Shown: piece after piece, positions 29,347-39,254 of the stretch
Layout: every line of letters starts with the position of its first letter
Position numbering within the stretch: position 1 is the stretch's first letter
Assembly: GCA_947601845.1 (NCBI GenBank)
Contig: CANQGH010000001.1
Location: 288 to 64,287, forward strand
Direction of reading: 5' to 3'
DNA: 64,000 nt
DNA from: an uncultured Bacilli bacterium
Lineage (GTDB): Bacteria > Bacillota_I > Bacilli_A > RF39 > UBA660
Made by a program: the position numbers and the translations under genes
Notes under the pieces: generated by a model
Database searches by the model: none
What the model saw: the letters and a program-made list of their open reading frames with translations, nothing else
What the model was told of the DNA's origin: nothing

Positions 29347-30447
29347 ATGGATGTAGTAATTATTATTTTATTAATTGTTTTAATTATTTTAGTATTAATT
29401 TCTATTATTAAAAAAGGATTTAATGAAGGTAATATGGCGGAACGACTAGGTCGTTTTGAGTTAAATATTAATAAAGAAATAGGCAATTTTAAGGATGACT
29501 TGACTAAGAATTTAAATGGTGACTTTGACAAGTTAAATGTCAAGTTGGAAGAGCGATTAAATCATATTAATGATAAAGTAAATGAACGCCTTGATCAAAA
29601 TTTTGAAAGAACTAATAAAACTTTTAATAATGTTTTAGAAAGATTAAGTAAAATTGATGAAGCACAAAAAAAGATAGAAGGACTATCTAATGATATTGTA
29701 TCTTTGCAAAGTATTTTAACGGATAAAAAAACAAGGGGAATCTTTGGCGAAGTAACTTTAAATCATATTTTAACTAGTGTCTTTGGTGAGCGTAATGATA
29801 AGGTTTTTGCTCTTCAATATACACTACCTAATGGTACTATAGCGGACTCGATTTTGTTTGCGCCAGAACCTTTAGGAACTATTGCTATCGATTCTAAATT
29901 TCCATTAGAGAATTACCGCATGATGGTAGATAAAAAAATACCAGCTGAATTAAGAAGTAATTATGAAAAACAATTCAAGATAGATGTTAAAAAGCATATT
30001 GATGCGATAAGTAGTAAGTATATAATTCCTGATGTTACTAGTGATCAAGCCATTATGTTTTTACCTGCTGAAGCTATCTTTGCTGAAATAAATGCTTATC
30101 ATCCTGATTTAATCGATTATGCTTATAAAAGGAGGGTATGGATAACATCACCAACTACTTTAATATCTACTCTAACTGTTGTTCAAATGATCATGAAAAG
30201 TATGGAACGTGATAAATATACATCTATTATACATGATGAATTAAATAAATTAGGAATTGAATTTTCTAGATATAAAGAGCGTTGGGATAAACTTGCTAAA
30301 AGTATTCAAACCGTTAATAAAGATGTGGAAAATGTCTATATTACAACTGAAAAAATTAGCAAAAAATTTGATGTAATAAGTGGAGTAGAAATGGATAAAC
30401 TAACGACTGGTGATGAACATGAAGTTATTGATGAGGATAATTTGTAG
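29347..30447 (+). CDS. rmuC: DNA recombination protein RmuC.
   Basis: It has an N-terminal TM, a long coiled-coil and a C-terminal RmuC nuclease-like domain (GIFGEVTLNHIL...). Confidence 0.6.
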   Translation: MDVVIIILLIVLIILVLISIIKKGFNEGNMAERLGRFELNINKEIGNFKDDLTKNLNGDFDKLNVKLEERLNHINDKVNERLDQNFERTNKTFNNVLERLSKIDEAQKKIEGLSNDIVSLQSILTDKKTRGIFGEVTLNHILTSVFGERNDKVFALQYTLPNGTIADSILFAPEPLGTIAIDSKFPLENYRMMVDKKIPAELRSNYEKQFKIDVKKHIDAISSKYIIPDVTSDQAIMFLPAEAIFAEINAYHPDLIDYAYKRRVWITSPTTLISTLTVVQMIMKSMERDKYTSIIHDELNKLGIEFSRYKERWDKLAKSIQTVNKDVENVYITTEKISKKFDVISGVEMDKLTTGDEHEVIDEDNL

Positions 30448-30955
30448 TATTTATTTACTATTAGTTATATATTATTCATATATTCAAATAAAATGGGGAG
30501 AATATCTTAATTTATTCATATCCCTATTAGCAATTATTATATTTATATTACCGCTTATAATTAATAAGTTTTATAAAATAAAGGAGTACATAAAATTAAT
30601 CTATTACTTCTTTTTATTATTGGCCTTTATTTTGGGAATATTATTCCGTTTTTATTATACAACTTTATATTTTGACCTTTTTGTACATTTTCTATTTGGT
30701 TTTTTACTCACAATTATTATTAAAGATTATACAAAACTACCTAATGGCAAACATATTTTTATAATTATTTCATTAGTAATGTTTGTAGGACTATGTTGGG
30801 AATTTTTAGAATTCTTTAGTGATTTATTGATAAATACTGATCATCAACGATTTGCAAGCGGCAGTACAGATACAATGACCGATCTTTTAATGGCCTTAAC
30901 TGGGAGCATATTTTATTTATCAAGTCAATTATTCGTGCATAAAATAAAACAATAA
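30410..30955 (+). CDS. Small polytopic membrane protein (VanZ-like or DUF-type).
   Basis: Five TM helices. The start overlaps the rmuC 3' end. Confidence 0.35.
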   Translation: MMNMKLLMRIICSIYLLLVIYYSYIQIKWGEYLNLFISLLAIIIFILPLIINKFYKIKEYIKLIYYFFLLLAFILGILFRFYYTTLYFDLFVHFLFGFLLTIIIKDYTKLPNGKHIFIIISLVMFVGLCWEFLEFFSDLLINTDHQRFASGSTDTMTDLLMALTGSIFYLSSQLFVHKIKQ

Positions 30956-31183
30956 AATACATAATATTATTGTTTATTAGTAAATAGAATTAAATAGGTG
31001 GTAACATGATTGCTAGAGTATTCTTTTTCCTTTTAGGATTTGGATTATCTGTAATTGGTTTTACTTATATCATTGGTTATTTAAACCTTTTAACAATGGG
31101 TTATAGCATCTTAGAATATATCCAATTCATTATGAAAAGATATGAATGCATTATAGCGGTTATTGGACTATTGATGATTACAC

Positions 31184-31861
31184 TTGCGATTTTTAAAGGA
31201 GGAAATAAAATTGATATACGTTTATGATATTATACTTAATTGGTCAAGTGAAGATATATATGATTTTTTTGAGTGGGAGTTAAATGATGAAATAGAACAT
31301 ATTAAGAGAATTCCTTTTTTTAAGATAGATTCATCTACATTTACCAATATGGAGAATTACAAGATAAAGATAGATAAAGAAATATTGAGTAAGATAAAGA
31401 ATTTAACTGAAGTATATAGTGCCGATAAAAATAATTCTATTATGTATTCATCACTATTTACTGACGGAGTAAGAGTAATAGCAATAGAATTTAATTCTAA
31501 GGGTGAATCTATCTACAAGAGTAAATTATTGCTAGATGAGGAACAAGATATACTAATGTTATCTACTAAAATGACAGAGACTAAAATAGCAATAGAAAAA
31601 CTTAATAAATGGCAACTAGATCCTTTTACTACACGTTATGAAAAAGAAATTAGGCGCTTATTAAAAGTAGAAATTGAAGATTGTTATAAGAAAGGTAATT
31701 TTGATAAATTAAGGTATTTATATTATGAATGCTTTGGTAAAAATCAAGATGATGTTGATTTGATTTATAATAAATTGTTAGAAAGTATTAATAGTGAGTT
31801 GGATAATAAACATAGTAAACTATATGAAGTAGTAAAATTATCTTATCAAAATAAAGGGTAA
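31184..31861 (+). CDS. Hypothetical soluble protein. The preceding 73-aa membrane ORF at 31006-31227 overlaps it and is of uncertain reality.
   Basis: ORF only. The start is ambiguous. Confidence 0.3.
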   Translation: MRFLKEEIKLIYVYDIILNWSSEDIYDFFEWELNDEIEHIKRIPFFKIDSSTFTNMENYKIKIDKEILSKIKNLTEVYSADKNNSIMYSSLFTDGVRVIAIEFNSKGESIYKSKLLLDEEQDILMLSTKMTETKIAIEKLNKWQLDPFTTRYEKEIRRLLKVEIEDCYKKGNFDKLRYLYYECFGKNQDDVDLIYNKLLESINSELDNKHSKLYEVVKLSYQNKG

Positions 31862-32048
31862 TTGTTGTCCCCTTAAAGAAACACCATTTAAGATAGCCAT
31901 TACTTTTAAACAGTAGATTATATGTTAAAAGTAATGTTTTTATTTGGTTTTAATAACCCCCATTATTTTAGATTAATTTTGTTTTAATAAAAAATATTTG
32001 TTTTGTATATATAGACTTTTTTGTTATAATGGAAATAGGTGGTAGTAT

Positions 32049-32954
32049 ATGAAATTATCCTTAGTTATACCGTGTTATAATGAAGAAGCAAATATTAACG
32101 TATTTTATAACTATGTAAAAGATAATTATAAAGATGTAGAAAATTACGAATTAATTTTTGTTAATGATGGTAGTAAAGACAACACTTTATTAAAGTTAAA
32201 GGAAATTAGTAGTGATAAGAAACATGTTAAAGTTATATCTTTTTCTAGAAACTTTGGCAAAGAGTCAGCAATGTTAGCAGGTCTTAAGGCCTCAAGTGGA
32301 GATTATGTTTGTATTATTGATGCTGATATGCAACAAGATCCTGTCATTGTTTTAGATATGCTTAAAATTTTAGAGGAAAATGATAATTACGATGTAGTAT
32401 CAACATATCAAGAAACAAGAAAAGAATCTAGTATTATCTCTTTCTTTAAAAAGAGTTTTTATAAAATTATTAATAAACTTTCCCAAGTAGATTTTCATCA
32501 AGGAGTTAGTGATTTTCGTTTATTTAGAAGACAAGTTGTTGATGCCATTTTATTATTAAATGAAGATAATCGATTTTCTAAAGGTATTTTTTCTTATGTA
32601 GGATTTAATAATTATTACTATCCATATATTCCTTTTGAAAGGAATGCTGGTAAAAGTAGTTTTTCATTTAAAAAATTATTTAACTATGCTATAGATGGCA
32701 TTATATCTTTTAGTACTAAACCATTACTTATTCCTTTTTATTTAGGAGTCATGTTTTTAATAGCCACTTTAATTAGTTTGATTATTTTGTTATGCCACTA
32801 TGATTTATTAATATTAGTCGTTACATTAATACTATTAATTGCTGGACTTCAATTTATCGTAATGGGTATTATAGGTAAATACTTATCACAGATACATATA
32901 CAGTCTAAAGAAAGACCAACATACATAATAAAAGAGAAGATTAATTTGAAGTAG
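32049..32954 (+). CDS. GT2 polyprenyl-phosphate glycosyltransferase (GtrB/CsbB-like) with C-terminal TM helices.
   Basis: It has the DGSKD and IIDADMQQD (DxD) motifs and two C-terminal TM helices. Confidence 0.8.
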   Translation: MKLSLVIPCYNEEANINVFYNYVKDNYKDVENYELIFVNDGSKDNTLLKLKEISSDKKHVKVISFSRNFGKESAMLAGLKASSGDYVCIIDADMQQDPVIVLDMLKILEENDNYDVVSTYQETRKESSIISFFKKSFYKIINKLSQVDFHQGVSDFRLFRRQVVDAILLLNEDNRFSKGIFSYVGFNNYYYPYIPFERNAGKSSFSFKKLFNYAIDGIISFSTKPLLIPFYLGVMFLIATLISLIILLCHYDLLILVVTLILLIAGLQFIVMGIIGKYLSQIHIQSKERPTYIIKEKINLK

Positions 32955-32961
32955 GTGCAGT

Positions 32962-34854
32962 ATGATAAAAAAATGTTTGGTTTATTTGAAAAAATATGAA
33001 GAAGTAATTTCTTATTTAATTATAGGGGGCTTTACTACAGTTATCAGCATTGCTAGTTATTTTATTTTTTCTAGAATTATACATCTAGATTATAAAACGG
33101 CTACGGTTTTATCATGGATACTTTCTGTATTATTTGCTTTCTTTGCTAATAAGATAATTGTATTTAAGAGTAAGACTAATAATAAAAAAGATTATTTCTT
33201 GGAATTGTTTAATTTCTTTAAGTATCGTATTTTATCTTTATTTATTGATATTTTATCGATGATGGTATTTATTGAGATACTTCATTGTAATGATATGATT
33301 GCTAAAATAATTGTTCAATTTATTATCGTTGTTATTAACTATGTTTTTAGTAAGTTTTTGATTTTTAATAAAAAATCTAATAAAAAGGATGAAAAAGTCC
33401 TTTATGATCATAAAGATTATATCTGTTTTGGTATTTGTCTTTTAATTATGTTACTAATGTTTGGTATATTTCTAGGTGATCATTTTGCAACCGATACTAT
33501 AGGTATGTATAATAGTGGATATTTAAATAATGCTAAAGTTTATTTAAATGCGGGGCGCATAGTTATGGCCATTTTCCTATGGTTAATGGATTATTTTAGT
33601 ATTAGTTTTAGATTAGCTAAAGTAATATCTTGGTTAATTGGGTTTGTTTCAATCTATGGGGGAATAATTACTTTATATAAAATATTAAAGAGTTTTACAA
33701 AGAATAGAATTGTGAATATTTGTACTTCTATACTAGTTGTAGCGAATATTTTCTTGGTAGAGTTTTTTACTTTTCCAGAGTTTACTGGTATCATGTGTTT
33801 TAGTTTATTTATGGCAATTATGTCAGCTAGTCAAATGTTATCTTTCTTTGAAAATAATAACAAAAAAAATTTACTTAAGAGTTTAAACTTTTCTTTATTG
33901 TCAATGCTTTCTTACCAAGGCACGGTAGCACTAGCTTTAATTATTCCTTTAATTTTTACTCTACATTATGCTAGTAATTTTAAAGATTTTATCAAGAAAA
34001 ATGTTATTATAGGAATGAACTATTTAATTCCTTGTATATTGATTTTAATTTATTCTCATATTATTGGTAATACTAGAACATCTGGCGCAATTTATCCGTT
34101 GGAGACCATTAAAATTATTTATTCACAGTTAAAATATTTAATTGCTACTACACAAGGAGCATTACCGGTTTTTGTTTATGCAGGATTGATTTTTATCGTA
34201 ACTGTTTTGGTAGCATTTCTAATATTAAAATCTAAGGATAAGAACAAAAAATACAAATTACTATTCTTTATCTATTGTCTTATTGCTATGGTGATAGTTC
34301 CTCTTGCACCTTTTGCGGCGGTTCAAACAAACTTAATTAGTGTTGTGGGAAGAAGTGCTTTTGCTCTTGGTTCAATCATAGGTCTTATATTTATGTTTTA
34401 CATATGTTATATATCACCTTCGTTTAATTTTGAAAAATTATTAGTATTGCTATTTATAGTTATTACCTTATTGTGCACATATTCTAACAATAAGTTGGCT
34501 TTAGTTCGTTTTACTCATAATAAACATGATAAACAAGAAGCACTAAAGATAATTGATATGATTAAAGACTATGAAAAAGAAAACAATATCACAGTTAGCA
34601 AGATAGGTTATTGTAGGGATCAATCACCGACCTATACATATATAAAAAATATATATATTAATGATATGACAGTAAGAGGAATGGAGGTCGATTGGTCTAG
34701 TAATGCTTACTTAAGTTACTATTCTAATCATAAGTTTACTATAATTGATTTAAAAGAGGAAGTTATTGATTATTGCTCAAATAACAACTGGGATAGTTTC
34801 CAAAAAGAGCAAATTTTATTTGATGGAGATGCCTTATATATTTGTATTTATTAA
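32962..34854 (+). CDS. Fusion of a GtrA-like four-TM flippase domain (about the first 130 aa) to a large polytopic GT-C-type glycosyltransferase-like domain.
   Basis: The N-terminal GtrA-family pattern is YLIIGGFTTVISIASYF...FFANKIIVFKS. About 12 further TM helices follow. Confidence 0.55.
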   Translation: MIKKCLVYLKKYEEVISYLIIGGFTTVISIASYFIFSRIIHLDYKTATVLSWILSVLFAFFANKIIVFKSKTNNKKDYFLELFNFFKYRILSLFIDILSMMVFIEILHCNDMIAKIIVQFIIVVINYVFSKFLIFNKKSNKKDEKVLYDHKDYICFGICLLIMLLMFGIFLGDHFATDTIGMYNSGYLNNAKVYLNAGRIVMAIFLWLMDYFSISFRLAKVISWLIGFVSIYGGIITLYKILKSFTKNRIVNICTSILVVANIFLVEFFTFPEFTGIMCFSLFMAIMSASQMLSFFENNNKKNLLKSLNFSLLSMLSYQGTVALALIIPLIFTLHYASNFKDFIKKNVIIGMNYLIPCILILIYSHIIGNTRTSGAIYPLETIKIIYSQLKYLIATTQGALPVFVYAGLIFIVTVLVAFLILKSKDKNKKYKLLFFIYCLIAMVIVPLAPFAAVQTNLISVVGRSAFALGSIIGLIFMFYICYISPSFNFEKLLVLLFIVITLLCTYSNNKLALVRFTHNKHDKQEALKIIDMIKDYEKENNITVSKIGYCRDQSPTYTYIKNIYINDMTVRGMEVDWSSNAYLSYYSNHKFTIIDLKEEVIDYCSNNNWDSFQKEQILFDGDALYICIY

Positions 34855-34989
34855 TAATAAAAAGGTTTAAATCATCTTGAATATTTGCATAAAAATAGTA
34901 TAATAATTATTGAAATCATTAATAGTTAATGATTGGAAAATTATTAATATTTAGTTTTAATATAAGAAGTTAGAAAGGTAGGATAAAAT

Positions 34990-35532
34990 ATGGAACTAAA
35001 GGGATCAAAGACAGAACAAAATTTAATGACTGCTTTTGCAGGTGAGAGTCAAGCTAGAAATAAGTATACTTACTATGCTTCACAAGCCAAAAAAGATGGA
35101 TATGAACAAATTGCAGCTATATTCGAGGAAACTGCTAATAACGAGAAAGAACATGCTAAGCTTTGGTTTAAATATCTACATGGTGGAAGCGTACCAGCAA
35201 CTATGGATAACTTAAAAGATGCTGCTAATGGTGAAAATTATGAATGGACTGAAATGTATGCTGAATTTGCTAAAACGGCTAAAGAAGAAGGTTTCAATGA
35301 TTTAGCATACTTGTTTGAAGCTGTTGGCAAGATTGAAAAAGAACATGAAGAAAGATATTTAACTTTATTAAAGAATATTGAAGATGATAGAGTATTCCAC
35401 AAAGATGGAGAAAAAATGTGGATTTGTAGAAACTGTGGACATGTTTATATTGGAAAAGATGCTTTAGAAGTATGTCCAGTATGTAAACATCCACAGAGTT
35501 TCATGGAAGTAAAAGCTGACAATTATTTATAA
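34990..35532 (+). CDS. rbr: Rubrerythrin (ferritin-like di-iron domain plus C-terminal rubredoxin-like CxxC...CxxC).
   Basis: The E..H motifs lie in [10 protein letters not shown] and EKEHEERY. The C-terminus is CRNCG...CPVCKH. Confidence 0.9.
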   Translation: MELKGSKTEQNLMTAFAGESQARNKYTYYASQAKKDGYEQIAAIFEETANNEKEHAKLWFKYLHGGSVPATMDNLKDAANGENYEWTEMYAEFAKTAKEEGFNDLAYLFEAVGKIEKEHEERYLTLLKNIEDDRVFHKDGEKMWICRNCGHVYIGKDALEVCPVCKHPQSFMEVKADNYL

Positions 35533-35599
35533 TAGTTATAACCGTTAAGATTGTAATAAAAAACAAGTGAAAAGTAGTATTAGTATTAAAACTACTTTT

Positions 35600-35609
35600 T
35601 TTAATTTTA
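35600..35609. repeat. Left copy of the 10-bp target-site duplication TTTAATTTTA flanking the IS.
   Basis: Identical 10-mer at 36848-36857 immediately outside the other terminal inverted repeat. Confidence 0.7.
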
Positions 35610-36847
35610 GTTGTGTTAAACAAAATGACTGATAAATAAAAAAGTGCTATAATAAGAGTGCCAAATAAAAATTGTAGAAAGGAAGTATCCTTAATCAGCT
35701 AGTTCATCTACAGTTTTTATTTGGCGATATTATACTGATTGGGACTAGCTGATTAAGGATATTTTGTTGTTATGAAAATAGAAGAAATAGTAAAAGATTT
35801 AGATCCACCAACCTTATTAGAATTTAAAAATTATTTATTAGAAAATTTGACCGAACTAATTGGAACAAAAAATTCGAATTCTAAAATAATTGCAAATAGT
35901 CAAAAAGGGATTAGATATTGTAATGAATGTGGATGCATTTTATATAAAAATGGTAAAACAAAAACAGGAATACAAAAATATATTTGTTCTGGATGCAAGC
36001 ATACAACATCTGAAACGACAGGAACAATAACTTACTGTAGCAAACTATCATTTAATGTCTGGCAAAACATTATAGATAATTTATTAAATGGATTTAGTAT
36101 TAGAAAAATAGCTGGGGAAAATAATATTTTTGTTCCAACATCGTTTAAATTAAGACATAAAGTTCTATTAGCTTTAGATCATTTTATAGATAATATTAAA
36201 CTGAGTAAAAGTGCTCAATCTGATGAAAAGTATTTTAAGATTAATTTAAAGGGAACAAAGCCACAAAATATGCCTAGATATTCTAAGAAAAGAACTTCCA
36301 AAGGAAATTCTACTAGAGGAATAAGTCATCACCAAGTATGTGTAATATCCGTGATTGATGAAGAAGACAATTTATTTTTAAAGATTGGTGGTTTAGGTAG
36401 AGGTACAACTAAAATGTTAGAAGATAGTATATCCTCACATCTAGGCGATGTTAAAATAATAACCTCTGATAGTGCAAGTGCATATCAAGAATTTTGTAGA
36501 AATCATAATATTAAACTTATTGCTATTCCATCACATTTTCATAGTAATGATATACATAATATTGCAGAAATAAATGGTGTGCATTCTCAACTTGAAACTT
36601 GGTTATCAAAATTTCGTGGAGTATCCACAAGACATTTACAGCAATATTTGAATTGGTTTGCTTATGTATTTATGATGAAAAAAAGATTTGAATTAAAAAA
36701 ACTAAAACTTGAATCATATAAAAACATAATTATTGATAACAATTACATTAAGTCAAATAAAATATTTGATATCCCTATGCCAATTAATTTGAATATTGCT
36801 TATGCTGAATATCATAATTCATTATCAGTCATTTTGTTTAACACAAC
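35610..36847 (+). mobile_element. IS1595-family (ISXO2-like transposase) insertion sequence, 1238 bp, with 26-bp perfect terminal inverted repeats (GTTGTGTTAAACAAAATGACTGATA) and a flanking direct repeat.
   Basis: The left inverted repeat at 35610-35635 matches the reverse complement of 36822-36847. There is a single DDE transposase ORF. The duplicated flank is TTTAATTTTA. Confidence 0.8.
35687..35761 (+). promoter_or_regulatory. 18-bp perfect inverted repeat (TATCCTTAATCAGCTAGT ... ACTAGCTGATTAAGGATA) in the transposase leader. The right arm contains the transposase RBS (AAGGA). This is probable fold-back translational control.
   Basis: The arms are at 35687-35704 and 35744-35761. The ATG is at 35772. 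Confidence 0.55.
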
Positions 36848-36887
36848 TTTAATTTTAAAACAGAAGAAAATAAGTTTAAGAGTGTAA
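35772..36887 (+). CDS. IS1595-family DDE transposase (ISXO2-like) with an N-terminal zinc ribbon.
   Basis: CNECGC...CSGCKH Zn ribbon. The DDE region includes DEKYF and ITSDSASAY. The ORF reads through the right inverted repeat into the flank. Confidence 0.8.
   Translation: MKIEEIVKDLDPPTLLEFKNYLLENLTELIGTKNSNSKIIANSQKGIRYCNECGCILYKNGKTKTGIQKYICSGCKHTTSETTGTITYCSKLSFNVWQNIIDNLLNGFSIRKIAGENNIFVPTSFKLRHKVLLALDHFIDNIKLSKSAQSDEKYFKINLKGTKPQNMPRYSKKRTSKGNSTRGISHHQVCVISVIDEEDNLFLKIGGLGRGTTKMLEDSISSHLGDVKIITSDSASAYQEFCRNHNIKLIAIPSHFHSNDIHNIAEINGVHSQLETWLSKFRGVSTRHLQQYLNWFAYVFMMKKRFELKKLKLESYKNIIIDNNYIKSNKIFDIPMPINLNIAYAEYHNSLSVILFNTTLILKQKKISLRV
36848..36857. repeat. Right copy of the 10-bp target-site duplication TTTAATTTTA.
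   Basis: See the left copy. Confidence 0.7.
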
Positions 36888-36906
36888 AGGCATTAACACT
36901 TTATCC

Positions 36907-36936
36907 TTGACAAAACTGTAGGGGGGGGGGTATTAT
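36907..36936 (+). promoter_or_regulatory. Putative promoter TTGACA-[18-nt spacer ending in G10]-TATTAT. The homopolymeric G10 tract lies inside the spacer.
   Basis: TTGACA is at 36907-36912, G10 at 36921-36930 and TATTAT at 36931-36936. An RBS (AGGAGG) and ATG at 36957 follow. Confidence 0.5.
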
Positions 36937-36956
36937 ATACTTATAGGAGGAATTTT

Positions 36957-37487
36957 ATGATTAATATTTATACTAAAACTTCAGAAGAGATTGAAAAAGA
37001 AAATGCAGATTATAGTTTTTATGCTAGATTAGTAAAAGGAATACCTTTGAAAGCTTGCCCAACTTATTTAATGAAAAAAGATGGAACAAGGGTTGAGACT
37101 AAAGATTTAACGGAGGAACAAATTGTAAGCTTGATCGAAGCGGATGTTAGAGATTATGCTTCCCCAGATAGTTCTTATAAAAAGTCTGGGAGATCAGATC
37201 TAGATTCTTTTAAATTAATTGATGCTGTAAAAGATACTTGGACACCATCTTATGATGCATTATTACGAATTGCTGGAATGGAACAACAATATGGTCATGT
37301 AATTGTTGATATTATTGGTAGTGTTGATAAGAATGATGTTAGAGGGAAAGCAAGAACTATTGCTAGTTTTCAAAAACAAAGTAGTGGTGACTTTTCACAA
37401 GTAACTAATGATGAAATGATAGCTGTCATTCAACAAATGGCTTATAATGAACAAATGAAAAAACAACAATCTGGAATGAATAAGTAA
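36957..37487 (+). CDS. Hypothetical cytoplasmic protein (176 aa) downstream of the G10-containing promoter.
   Basis: ORF with a strong RBS and no motif. Confidence 0.4.
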   Translation: MINIYTKTSEEIEKENADYSFYARLVKGIPLKACPTYLMKKDGTRVETKDLTEEQIVSLIEADVRDYASPDSSYKKSGRSDLDSFKLIDAVKDTWTPSYDALLRIAGMEQQYGHVIVDIIGSVDKNDVRGKARTIASFQKQSSGDFSQVTNDEMIAVIQQMAYNEQMKKQQSGMNK

Positions 37488-37520
37488 AAAATTGTGATGT
37501 GTTTCTGTTTGCAATAGCAA

Positions 37521-37928
37521 ATGAAGGCAATTGATAATATGATGGATTTATTAAAGACTTTTGTAAAGCCTGAACAAAGAAGTATTTTTTACTTCTTTTC
37601 TTTTATATTTTGGTTTATAATTAATATAGGTGATAGAATGAAAAAGATAATATTATTGTTAGTTGTATCCTTATTATTAATAGGGTGTGGTAAAGAAGCT
37701 GATTTAATAGGTACTTGGAATTCCAATAATCAATCTACATATACTTTTAATGAAGATGGAACATGTCAAAAAATAGACAATGTCGATATTTACCAATGTA
37801 CATATGAAAAAGAAAATGGTGTTGTTAATATTTACTTAAAAAATAAACCTAATGAAGTATATGAGTCAGGCCAGATAAACTCTGATCGTATTATTATAGG
37901 AAGTACAGTATATAAGAAAGGAGAATAG
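37521..37928 (+). CDS. Small lipoprotein (likely start at 37638, MKKIILLLVVSLLLIGCG).
   Basis: Signal peptide plus lipobox LIGC. Confidence 0.45.
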   Translation: MKAIDNMMDLLKTFVKPEQRSIFYFFSFIFWFIINIGDRMKKIILLLVVSLLLIGCGKEADLIGTWNSNNQSTYTFNEDGTCQKIDNVDIYQCTYEKENGVVNIYLKNKPNEVYESGQINSDRIIIGSTVYKKGE

Positions 37929-37933
37929 ACAGA

Positions 37934-38344
37934 TTATTCTCCTTTTAAAATTTTAAATACCTCTTCTAAACTATTTAACATATCTTTATTATATGTATGA
38001 CTTAATAAATCATTTTCATATCGAGGTGTTAAGTGTACATGATAATGTTTGACTTCTTGACCATAGTCATTATTTTGAATAACTGTCATACCATCGCAAT
38101 GTAATTTACTTTTTAGTAGAGTATACATATCCTTTGTAACCTTATTAATATGACTTAATGTTTCCAAATCAATATCATCAATATTAGTAAAATGTTTTTT
38201 AGGAATAATTAATGTATCACCATTGGTTTTAGGATCAATATCTAAAAATACTTTAACAATATCATCTTCATATATCGTATAACTAGGTATTTCTCCTTTT
38301 ATAATCTTACAAAAAATACAATCCATGTTATCATCTCCTAACAA
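37934..38344 (-). CDS. HIT-family (histidine triad) nucleotide hydrolase/transferase.
   Basis: HIT motif HYHVHL. Confidence 0.8.
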   Translation of the reverse strand: MLGDDNMDCIFCKIIKGEIPSYTIYEDDIVKVFLDIDPKTNGDTLIIPKKHFTNIDDIDLETLSHINKVTKDMYTLLKSKLHCDGMTVIQNNDYGQEVKHYHVHLTPRYENDLLSHTYNKDMLNSLEEVFKILKGE

Positions 38345-38495
38345 TTATTTTAACAAAAAAATAAAAATGCATAAAGCATTTTTAGTGAATACAGCAAATA
38401 TTCATTAATATATTGTCTTTTTTCTTTTAATTTTATACATGATATATGTAATTCAAACCATTTTATGGTATAATAGGCTTACTTGGAGGGATTAT

Positions 38496-39254
38496 ATGTT
38501 AAGTATTAAAAATTTGACAGTAGCAACAAAAGATAAAGTAATTTTAAAAGGCTTTAATTTAGATATATTAGATGGTGAAGTGCATGCCATTATGGGACCT
38601 AATGGTACTGGTAAGAGTACGTTATCTAAAGTTATTATGGGAAGTAATGATTATATAGTCGAAAATGGTGATATCATATTTAATAATGAGTGTATTAATG
38701 ATAAGGATACTTCATATAGAGCAAGGCTTGGTCTTTTTTTAGCTTTTCAGAATCCTCTTAGTATCGAAGGGGTTACCAATAGTGACTTTTTAAAAACGGC
38801 AATTAATGAAAAAAGTGATAAACCTATTGGCTTATATGAATTTATTAAAGAATTAGATAAAGCTACTAATGATTTACAAATGCCTGAGGGATTAATTCAT
38901 CGTGCGATTAATCAAGGGGCCTCTGGTGGGGAAAGAAAGAAAAATGAAATTTTGCAAATGAAATTACTGAAACCTAAATTTATTATTTTAGATGAATTAG
39001 ATTCTGGTCTTGATGTTGACAGTTTAAAAATCGTATGTCAAAATATTAACGAATACTTAAATGAAAATAAAGATACTTCAGTCTTAATCATTACACATTA
39101 TCCAAGAATATTAGAGTATATCCATCCTAAATATGTACATGTTTTAAATGATGGCAGAATAGTAAGAACAGGTGATTATAATTTGGCATTAGAAATTGAA
39201 AAAGATGGATATAGCAAGATAAATACTATGGGTGGAAATGTAAATCGTGAATAA
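38496..39254 (+). CDS. sufC: Fe-S cluster assembly ATPase SufC.
   Basis: Walker A GPNGTGKST, the ABC signature and a Q-loop. The start is at the ATG with a GGAGGG RBS. The tracked upstream start overlaps the -10 element. Confidence 0.85.
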   Translation: MLSIKNLTVATKDKVILKGFNLDILDGEVHAIMGPNGTGKSTLSKVIMGSNDYIVENGDIIFNNECINDKDTSYRARLGLFLAFQNPLSIEGVTNSDFLKTAINEKSDKPIGLYEFIKELDKATNDLQMPEGLIHRAINQGASGGERKKNEILQMKLLKPKFIILDELDSGLDVDSLKIVCQNINEYLNENKDTSVLIITHYPRILEYIHPKYVHVLNDGRIVRTGDYNLALEIEKDGYSKINTMGGNVNRE

